Position numbers and translations under genes: made by a program | Part shown: piece by piece, positions 39,270 to 47,500 of the stretch | Layout: each line of letters begins with the position of its first letter | Numbering within the stretch: the stretch's first letter is position 1 | NCBI GenBank assembly: GCA_963761335.1 | Contig: CAVXGR010000024.1 | Coordinates: 64,001-128,000, forward strand | Direction: 5' to 3' | DNA from: an uncultured delta proteobacterium | GTDB taxonomy: Bacteria; Desulfobacterota; Binatia; HRBIN30; BPIQ01 | Length of the DNA: 64,000 nt | The notes under the pieces: model-generated | The model's database searches: none | What the model was told of the DNA's origin: nothing | What the model saw: only the letters and a program-made list of their open reading frames with translations

Positions 39270-41360
39270 GTGAGCCCCAGGGAAGAGACGCCACCCGTAC
39301 TCCGGCGCCTGCTCGGCGGAACGCTGGTTGCCACCTGCTTGCTCAGTTGCGGCGCCGCGGGGGTGCTGCTGTGGAACCCGGCGCTCTACCTGGACGAGAG
39401 GGATCTGGGGCGCTGGCTGCCGATCGCCGAGCGCTTCAATTTTCTCGGGCAGGTGTTTGCCAATGCGCGCTACGCCGCCGTCCTCTGGTGGCTGTTGGCG
39501 GTCGCCGTCATCCTGGCGGCGTTCTCATCGGGTGCCTTTCGCCTTGCGTCGGACGGTGCCGGCCCCGATTCCCGCGACGAGCCCAACTCCGAGCCTGGAG
39601 CCCCGCCGGCCCGTCGAATGTGGCGTGCCCTGGGATGGAGCGGCCTTGGGCTGGCCGCCGCGGCGCAACTGTTCCTGTGGGTTCGCCTGCACGAGAAGGA
39701 CTATCAGCCCTGGCTCTTCTATCTGTGGCTCGCGGGTCTCCTCGCCTTTGCCGTCGCTTTCGCGCGCCTCGACCGCCGCAGCAAGCGTTCCGCGCGGTGG
39801 CCGTTCTCCGCCGGGGAGATGGCCTTCCTGCTGGTCTGCGGCGTCGCTTTCACCGCCTATTGCTGCCGCGATCTCACCAGCTGGCGCTACTCGTTCATGG
39901 GAGACGAGCTCGGCTTCTGGACCTTTGCCGGACGTCTGGCGCATGGCTACACCCACAACTACTTCTCCTCATTCGAAGGGGTCGCCGGCTATCACCCCGT
40001 TCTCTGCTCGGTCTATCAGAGCCTCTTCCTGCGCCTGCTCGGCCCCAACAACTTTGCCTGGCGATTCAGCTCGGTGATCGCCGCCGCCCTGGCCATCCCG
40101 TTTCTCTATCTGTTCCTGCGCGAGCTCATCGGCCCCACTGCGGCGGTCGCCGGCTCGCTGTTGCTGGGCGCCAACAACTACCTGATCACCTACGCGCATT
40201 TCGGCCTCAACAACGTGCAGGTGCTGGCGCCGACGCTGGCGGCGCTGGCGCTTCTTCTCTGGGGCTGCCGGCAGCAGAGCTGGCTGCTCCTGTACGGCTG
40301 CGGAGTGATGGCGGGGCTCGGCTTCTACACCTTCTTCTCCTCGCGGCTGGCGATCGCCTTCGTGACCCTGGCCTTCCTTCTCTTGCCCATGCCGGTTGCA
40401 AGCGGGCGCCGGCTGCGGTGGTTCGGTGTCGTCGTCCTGGGATTCGGCCTGACCATGATCCCCCTGATTGCGGTGCCCGAGCATTTCGTCGCGGCGATGC
40501 TGCGGCAGAGCGCCATGGGGACCACCGCGGCGGAGAGCCCCAGCGGTCTGTTGGCGAACCTCTGGATCTCTCTCACCGGCCCGGCGGCGCGCGTCAAATG
40601 GGAGTACTGCCTCATCGATCCGCTCTACAGCATCCGTTCCGGCCGCCTCATGTACGGCTCCTGGGTGGACAGCTTCGTCGGCGCCTTCTTCTTTCTCGGT
40701 CTGGTGTGGGCGGCGCTGCGCTGGCCGCGGCACAGAGCGCTTCTCTGGCTGCTGCTCTGCTACCTCGGATCGGTGATCGCCGTCGCCATTCTCTCCCAGT
40801 ACGCGGCGCCTCCCGATACCCGCATGCTGTTTCTCGTCCCTCTCTACATTTCCTTTGCCGTCCTCGGTGTCGAGGTGTTGCGTGCCGAGCTGGTGCTGAA
40901 CCGGCTGCTGCCGCGCCGCGCCAGCGCCCTGCTGTACGTTCCCCTGGTGCTGGTTTCCATGGCGGTGAACTACCAGCGGAACGTCGACACGACCCCGGGG
41001 CGGTACGCGATCCATCCCTACGCGCAGGTCGTTCACGTGGCACAGTCGCTGCCGGCGAACACTCACGTCTACTTCGTGGCGCCGCCGCCCTACTGGGTGG
41101 ACATCCTGAAGGAGGTGGCCAGCATGTACCACTTCGATCAGCGCTTCGAGATCGTGCGGACCCCCGAGGTGGACGACGGCCAGCGGCAGTTCGAGCGGCC
41201 GGCGGTGTTCACCTTTGCGGATATCTTCCCGGAGAAGATGGACGACACCATCGCCGCCCTGCGCCGCCGGTATCCCGACTGCCGTCTCGAGGACTTCGAC
41301 CGCCTTCAGGCAATCGAGGTTCCCGCCGACACCGGGACCGACGGGAGCCCGCCGTCGTAG
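39270..41360 (+). CDS. GT-C (PMT/ArnT-like) glycosyltransferase
   Basis: SFMGDE loop motif, AWRFSS, GLGFYTFFSSR, about 13 TM segments, short soluble C-terminal domain. Confidence 0.82.
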   Translation: MSPREETPPVLRRLLGGTLVATCLLSCGAAGVLLWNPALYLDERDLGRWLPIAERFNFLGQVFANARYAAVLWWLLAVAVILAAFSSGAFRLASDGAGPDSRDEPNSEPGAPPARRMWRALGWSGLGLAAAAQLFLWVRLHEKDYQPWLFYLWLAGLLAFAVAFARLDRRSKRSARWPFSAGEMAFLLVCGVAFTAYCCRDLTSWRYSFMGDELGFWTFAGRLAHGYTHNYFSSFEGVAGYHPVLCSVYQSLFLRLLGPNNFAWRFSSVIAAALAIPFLYLFLRELIGPTAAVAGSLLLGANNYLITYAHFGLNNVQVLAPTLAALALLLWGCRQQSWLLLYGCGVMAGLGFYTFFSSRLAIAFVTLAFLLLPMPVASGRRLRWFGVVVLGFGLTMIPLIAVPEHFVAAMLRQSAMGTTAAESPSGLLANLWISLTGPAARVKWEYCLIDPLYSIRSGRLMYGSWVDSFVGAFFFLGLVWAALRWPRHRALLWLLLCYLGSVIAVAILSQYAAPPDTRMLFLVPLYISFAVLGVEVLRAELVLNRLLPRRASALLYVPLVLVSMAVNYQRNVDTTPGRYAIHPYAQVVHVAQSLPANTHVYFVAPPPYWVDILKEVASMYHFDQRFEIVRTPEVDDGQRQFERPAVFTFADIFPEKMDDTIAALRRRYPDCRLEDFDRLQAIEVPADTGTDGSPPS

Positions 41361-41368
41361 AGGGCAGT

Positions 41369-41823
41369 GCGTCATGAACCTCGCGGTTCATCAGTAGACG
41401 ATGAAAATGAGGCTGGGAATCTGCCCCGGCAAGAGTCGGGTGGAGATTAGTCGGGAGAGGATCGGTCGTCGGGATTTGGAGGTTCTCGCCTGGGCAAAGT
41501 TCGCCCCGGAGGGGCGGTGGCGTGTAGCCCCGGGTGAAACCCGGGGAAGAATCGTCAGGCGCGCCCCGCCAGGGGGCGCGGGCAAGTTTTCGTCGATGTC
41601 ACGCCTGTACGCCGATGATCACCGCTGGGTGCGTGGGAAGCTCATCGACGTGATTCACGCGGCCTCTACGCCTGCGCCCCTTCGGGGCGCTGGTCTGGGC
41701 CAATCGGAACGCGGTCCCCGGGTTAACACCCGGGGCTACATGCCCGCGCCCCTCCGGGGCGATAAGCCTCCACGCCAAGCGTTGGTGCGCTCCGCCAGAC
41801 CTTCACCCAACAGATTTTCGAAG
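41369..41823 (+). mobile_element. Non-autonomous ~455 bp element, copy A, containing a pair of inverted GTAG-type REP hairpins (REPIN-like)
   Basis: Ends GCGTCATGAACCTCGCGGTTCAT...GATGAAAATG and AGATTTTCGAAG shared with copy C; REPs at 41524-41546 and 41716-41739; several GCCCC..GGGGC hairpins. Confidence 0.8.
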
Positions 41824-41888
41824 CAGGCTACTTTTGCATCTCGTAATTTGCGAGGTGGTGACCTGGTCCGCAAAAGTTGCCTGTCCCC
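41824..41888. repeat. GGGGACAGGCA-type palindromic repeat abutting copy A
   Basis: CAGGCTACTTTTGC (41824-41837) is inverted to GCAAAAGTTGCCTG (41870-41883), which continues TCCCC. Confidence 0.7.
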
Positions 41889-41909
41889 TCCCGGGGGTGG
41901 AGCCGCGAC

Positions 41910-44507
41910 CTACGACGACTTGTGGCGCTCGATGCGGGTGATTCGGCTGGGGGTGCGCTCCGTGACCAGGTATCCCTGCGGAGCGACGGCGATGCCGGTG
42001 GGGCCGAGGAGATCGGATGCCAGCGGCTGCAGGTGGTGGTCCTTGGTGAGTCGGAAGAGCTTGCCGTTGAGCGGATCGGTCATCAGCAGCGTGCCGTCCG
42101 TATCGGTAGCCAGATAGGCTTCCTTGATCCCCTGGATGTTCCATCCGGGCACGGCCACCGATTCCAGCGGCTTGCCATCGGCATCGAACCCCTGGAGGCG
42201 ATTGTTGCCGCTGTCGACCACCCAGACGGTGCCGTCGGCGCCGACGCCAATGCCGACCGGCTGATTGAACTGGCCGGGACCGCTCCCGGGGCTTCCGAAG
42301 CGGTTCTGGAAGGTGCCGGCGGTGTCGAAGATGTCGACGGCGTTGTTGCCGCCGTCGGTGACGTAGACCCGGCCCTTGTGAATCGCGATACCGCGCGGCC
42401 CGAAGAACCCCTTCGGCGGCGTGTACGTGGTGAGCACCTTCCCATCCGGATCGAACTTCTGGACGCGGTGGTTCCAGGTGTCCACCACGTGGACGTTGCC
42501 ATCGGCGTCGACGGCCAGGCAGTTGGGCTCATCGAAGTTGCCCGGGCTGGCACCCCGGGCTCCCCAGACGCGCAGCAGCTCGCCCTCGGCGGAAAATTTC
42601 TGTACCCGATCGTTGCCGGTGTCGGCGACGTAGATGTTTCCCTTCGGCCCGATGGCGATGCTCTTCGGGGAGCTGAGCTCCCCGGGAGCGCTGCCGTGCC
42701 TCGCCTTCCACAGATCGGCCGCCGGCAGCGGCGTCGGCGGGACCTTGATGTTCGGGTTGGTGCCTGCGGCCACCTCGCGAGGGGTGAGCAGCAGGACACG
42801 CGCGAAGACGTTGTTCTGCTTGCTCCAGTCGTGCAGATCGACAACTTCGCCGTCGGGATACTTGCGGCGCAGCTCGTCGAACACCAGAGGCCCGCGATCG
42901 TTGGTGGCCACGATCAGGGCGATGCCCTTTCCCGGCTCTGGCATCAGATCGGTCACCGGCAGCGTGGTGACGTCCTCGACCCAGGTGTAGTGGCGCTCCT
43001 CGATCTCCAGCCGCTGGTCGGTCACGGGGCCGTGGTACATGAGATAGGTGAGGGTGTCGCGGGGAAAATTGGCGCCGCCCACCCAGATGGCGTACTGCGG
43101 CTCGATCTTGCGCATGTAGCGGCCGAGCACTGTGGTCTCCGGATAGAAGCCGAAGATGTCGCGGCGATGGGGCCCGAGGTACTCGTGGTATGTGGCATAC
43201 GCCGAGGCCGCGAGCACGGCGCTGACGAACACTGCGGTTGCCGCCGCTCCCGCGGGTACCGGCAGACGCCGCAGCTCGCGGACGATCCAGAAGCCGCCGA
43301 GAGCGACGAAGATGTAGATGAATGGCACGGTGCCGATGGCGCGATTGGCGTTCGGGTTGGTGAGTACCGCCGGGAGGATGTTGACCAGAAAGCCGAGGAG
43401 GAGAAAGCCGGCGCGATGGTCGCGCGGATTGAGCAGGCACCAGAGAAAGCCGAAGCCGAGGAGCACGGCCGCCGGGTACTCGAGAAGCGGCGTGGTGATG
43501 AAGAAATCGTCGCCGTTGCCGAACTGCAAGTACATCAGCGTGGTGGAGCGGACGTTCTCCCACAGGGTGCGCCCCTCCATGAACAGTGTGGCGTTGGCGC
43601 GGCCCTGCCATTTCACCCACTCGGTGACGGCGAAGTGCGCCATCGGGTAGACGACCACCAGGAAGGCTACCGCCATCACCGCCAGGCCGCGCCAGTAGCG
43701 GCGCAGGAAGGCGCCGCGGTCGGGCCCCACGGCCAGGCGGTACAGGATATATGCCGGATAGAGGAAGGGCACCAGGCGGGCGGCGTTGTACGTGTATATC
43801 GAGCCTGCCATGCCGGCGCCCGCCAGGCCGAAGTCGGTCTTGCTGTTGGTGCGCAGGGCGCGGAGGAAGAAGAGGTAACCGACGGCGCTGATCAGTGGCT
43901 GCGTGACGGCGCGCCAGCCGATGCGGCTGAAGACCACGTGCCAGCCGGAAACCGCCAGGAGCAGCGCCGCGGCCACCGCCAGTCGCGGTCCGAAGAGCTC
44001 GCGGCCCATGAAGTAGACGAGCGGCACCAGCAGGATGCCGCAGATCACCGCCGGGATCACCAGGGCGAAGATCTCAACGCCGAAGAGCTTCACCCCCACG
44101 GCCTGCAGGTACAGCATCAGCGTCTCGCGACCCCACGCCTCGGCCGCATACGGCGTGTAGGGCTCGCCGTGCAGGATGCGAATGGCGTAGAGGCCGTTCC
44201 AGGCGACGTCGTGATTGAGGCCGGCAGGCAGAATGTCGAGTCGGTAGACGCGGAAGAAGATGCCGACCAGGATCACCAGGGCAAACAGGACCCATTCGGT
44301 GCGCGCCGGCATGGAGTCGCGCCCCGGCAGGAAACGCGCCTCGGTGCTGAGAATGACGATCAGGAAGAAGAGGACGGCTGCAGCCCATGCCACAGCAGCG
44401 GGGAGCGGCTGGAAGTCGATCACCAGCCACCATTCGCCGGCAACGGCTGCGCCCAGGGCGGCGAGCGCCGCCGGCACGCGCACCCAGGGAGTGCGCAGCG
44501 CCGTCAC
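41910..44507 (-). CDS. GT-C (PMT/ArnT-like) glycosyltransferase fused to C-terminal NHL beta-propeller
   Basis: FRVYRL..LPAGLNHDVAWNG, SGWHVVFSR, SIYTYNAAR; NHL repeats (YVADTGNDRVQKF, DTWNHRVQKF); start GTG 44507 (AGAGGT RBS) or 44570. Confidence 0.85.
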   Translation of the reverse strand: MTALRTPWVRVPAALAALGAAVAGEWWLVIDFQPLPAAVAWAAAVLFFLIVILSTEARFLPGRDSMPARTEWVLFALVILVGIFFRVYRLDILPAGLNHDVAWNGLYAIRILHGEPYTPYAAEAWGRETLMLYLQAVGVKLFGVEIFALVIPAVICGILLVPLVYFMGRELFGPRLAVAAALLLAVSGWHVVFSRIGWRAVTQPLISAVGYLFFLRALRTNSKTDFGLAGAGMAGSIYTYNAARLVPFLYPAYILYRLAVGPDRGAFLRRYWRGLAVMAVAFLVVVYPMAHFAVTEWVKWQGRANATLFMEGRTLWENVRSTTLMYLQFGNGDDFFITTPLLEYPAAVLLGFGFLWCLLNPRDHRAGFLLLGFLVNILPAVLTNPNANRAIGTVPFIYIFVALGGFWIVRELRRLPVPAGAAATAVFVSAVLAASAYATYHEYLGPHRRDIFGFYPETTVLGRYMRKIEPQYAIWVGGANFPRDTLTYLMYHGPVTDQRLEIEERHYTWVEDVTTLPVTDLMPEPGKGIALIVATNDRGPLVFDELRRKYPDGEVVDLHDWSKQNNVFARVLLLTPREVAAGTNPNIKVPPTPLPAADLWKARHGSAPGELSSPKSIAIGPKGNIYVADTGNDRVQKFSAEGELLRVWGARGASPGNFDEPNCLAVDADGNVHVVDTWNHRVQKFDPDGKVLTTYTPPKGFFGPRGIAIHKGRVYVTDGGNNAVDIFDTAGTFQNRFGSPGSGPGQFNQPVGIGVGADGTVWVVDSGNNRLQGFDADGKPLESVAVPGWNIQGIKEAYLATDTDGTLLMTDPLNGKLFRLTKDHHLQPLASDLLGPTGIAVAPQGYLVTERTPSRITRIERHKSS

Positions 44508-44597
44508 CGGCAGACCTCTGCGGCCGTCCGGGACCTGTCGATTACAGCGGTTTCCGCAGCGCTCACGCACCTTCCTCGCGACCAGAGGTTGACCGGC

Positions 44598-47500
44598 TCA
44601 GCGTTTCAGGACGACCATGCGGTTCTCGAGGTCCGAGATCAGCATCTCTCCGCTGGCCGGGGCGATGGTGATGCCGATCGGCGTGACGAACATGTTCGGT
44701 GGCTGCGGCGGCGACTTGAGCGTCCGCAACAGCTTGCCCTCCGGGCTGTAGGCGCGCACCTCTTTCTCCAGCGGCACGGTGGCCCAGATGGTGCCGTCCT
44801 TGTCGATGGCGAGGTACGGCTCGGAGAACACCTCGCTCTTCCAGCCGGGGACGTCGAAGGCGAGCAGCAGGCGGCCGCTGGTGTCGAAGATCTTCAGCTG
44901 GCCGTGGCCGTTGTCGGCGACGTAGACGCGTCCGCGGTCGTCGACGGCGACGCCGATCGGCTCGCGCAGGTTGTTCGGCTGGTCGCCGCGGCCGCCGAGC
45001 TCGCCCTTCTTCTGCCCCTCGGCGGTGAAGCGGACGATCTTGTGATTGCCGGTGTCGGCGACGTAGACGGTGCCGTCCCGGCCCACCGCAATGCCGCGCG
45101 GCCCGTAGAAGCTGCCACTCCATTCGCGCAGGTACTTGCCGCTCGGGTCGAAAACCTGCACCCGCTGGTTCCAGGTGTCGGCCACGTAGATGTTCTGGTC
45201 CGGACCGACGGCGACGCCGCAGGGGTCCTTGAACTCGCCGGGCAGCTCGCCTCGCTGGCCCCAGGCCGTCACCGGCTTCAGATCCTTGTCGAACTTCTGA
45301 ATGCGGTTGTTGCCGAAATCGGCGACGTAGATGAAGCCCTGATTGTCGGCATCGATGTCGCGCGGCTGCTTGAGTCGACCGGGCGGCTCCTGCATCTCCG
45401 CCTCCTCGAGCCCTTCGACCTTGATCTCCTCGATGGTGTTGACGGGGATGGCGCCGGCGAACTGACCATTCACCGCAAAAATGGTGACTCCGCGGTTCTC
45501 GTAGACGGGCGTCACCAGGTCGGTCCACTGGCGGAAGTTCTCGAGATTGGCGCCCGCGTAGGTCCGCCGCTCGAGGGCTCCGACGAAGACCAGGGCCACG
45601 TGATAGCGGCGCAGCAGCGCCTCGACCTTGGACTTGTCCGGCGACGTGTAGATGGTCTGCACGTCGACCTTGCGGCGGTTGATATCCGCGGTGCTCTGGG
45701 CGCGCTGCTGCAGATGGTACTCCCAGCCGAGGACGATGGGTAGGCCGGTGTTCATGGTCACCCGGCTGAACTCCTGATAGGAGGGGCCTTGCGCCTCGAG
45801 GAGGACCGGAATTCCCTGCACGTTGCGGTTGATCCAGTCGAACGCCGCCAGCTCCTCGGGAGACCGCTGCTGCAGATAGGCCATGCCGTTCAGCGTCGGC
45901 CGCGGCGTCGGCACCCGCTTGGTGTTGATGACGGCGATGACGCCGGTGACCGTGGTGAACAGCCCGAGGCCCAGCAGCGCCACCGTGCCGAGCTGCCAGA
46001 CGAAGCGCGGCACGCGCCGCGCCAGCCGCCCGCTGAAGAGATCGGCGAGAACCACGGCGCTGGCAATGGAGAAGAGGAACCACGCCTCCAGATAGAACTT
46101 GAAGACCGTGTTCATCCGGTCCCAGACGTGCACCATGTCGACGCCCGAGGTGATGGCGAAGGCAAAGGCCGCCAGGGCGACGGGGTAGCGATAGCGCGAC
46201 GGCGTGTATCGGTGAATGGCGATGAAGAAGCCGAGCAGCGCCAGGGTCAGTGAGAATATGCGGATCGACGGCGGCCGCCGCAGGACGAAGAGGGCCCCGG
46301 GGACTCCCTGGAACGGGCCGGCGACGAAGGCGCCGTTCAGGCGGGCCACCAGTCCGGTGACCAGGCCCTCGACGTCGACGAACAGAGTGAGCAGCAGCAC
46401 GATGGCAATCGCGGCGAAGGCGATCCAGTGGGCCGCGCGGGGGCGGCGGTCTCGCGCCAGCTGCGTGCGGCGCCAGACGACGAAGAAGAAGGGCACCAGC
46501 AGGAGGACGAAGAGGCCGTTGATGGTGAGGAAGTCGTAGGCGCCGGCGAACTGAACCCGCTCCCAGCCCCAGTTCGTCGGCGGGTTGTGGAAGTACTCGA
46601 AGAACGGCAGGTAGAGAACCACGGCGCCGCCGATCACCATCACCGCTGGCAGCACCACGCGGCCGATGCCGCTGAGGACGAAGCCGGCGATCCCCTCCCA
46701 GGGATGTGAGGTCAGCCAGTGCAGCCCGAGGAGAAAGAGAAGGAGCAGGCTGTAGGTCGGTGTGCTCCAGCCGTTGGTCACCATGATGGCGCCCAGGGTG
46801 ATCATCATCAGCAGGAGCAGGACCGGCGCCGCCAGCAACGGCACGTGTGCGGAGACGCGCTCGCGGCGCTGCACCCACATGATCAGCAGGCAGATGAAGC
46901 CGACGCTGAACGGCATCACCATCAGGTGCGCGTGCAGGTCGGCGAACATGAAGCTCCACACCGGGTACTCGTTGATGGTGTCCTTGATGACCCGCGAGGT
47001 CGCCCACCAGTAGTCGAAGTTGATCTGATGGCGGCTGAGGAACTCTCGCAGGCCGGCCAGGTTGCCCACCAGGACGAGCAGGGTGGCGGAGATGATGCCC
47101 ACCTGCCAGCGGCGTCCCAGCGACGCGCCGGCGGCGAAGGCGGCGGCCGCGGTCAGCGCTCCGATGGTGGCGATGCCCAGGTTGAACATCAGCGCCGGGT
47201 GGATGCCCAGACACTTGCCGATGGCCGCGACCACGAAGTAGCCGAAGTAGGTGTAGTGCAGTGCCGAGCCCGCGAACCACGGCTCCGGCGGTGGGAGCGC
47301 CGTGGTGCGGTACATGGCGTTGAGGAAGGAGAAGTCCATCGGCTTCTCGCCCCAGTAGATCTCCGGGTTGTAGGCGCGGATCAGCAGGAAGAAGAAGAAC
47401 ACCAGCCAGAAGATCGCCTCGGTGGCCACGATCTCATGGCGCGGCAGGGCCATGTCCGTATGGCGGCGGTAGGCGACGATGCCGAGCACCACGAGCAGCG

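Noticed and set aside
41401..42117. ORFs over the repeat copies (41401-42117, 53480-53830, 53760-53999, 55188-55670) sharing peptides such as GPRVNTRGY and DHRWVRGKLI
   Set aside because: The similarity comes from the DNA repeat; frames and lengths differ between copies and there are no transposase motifs
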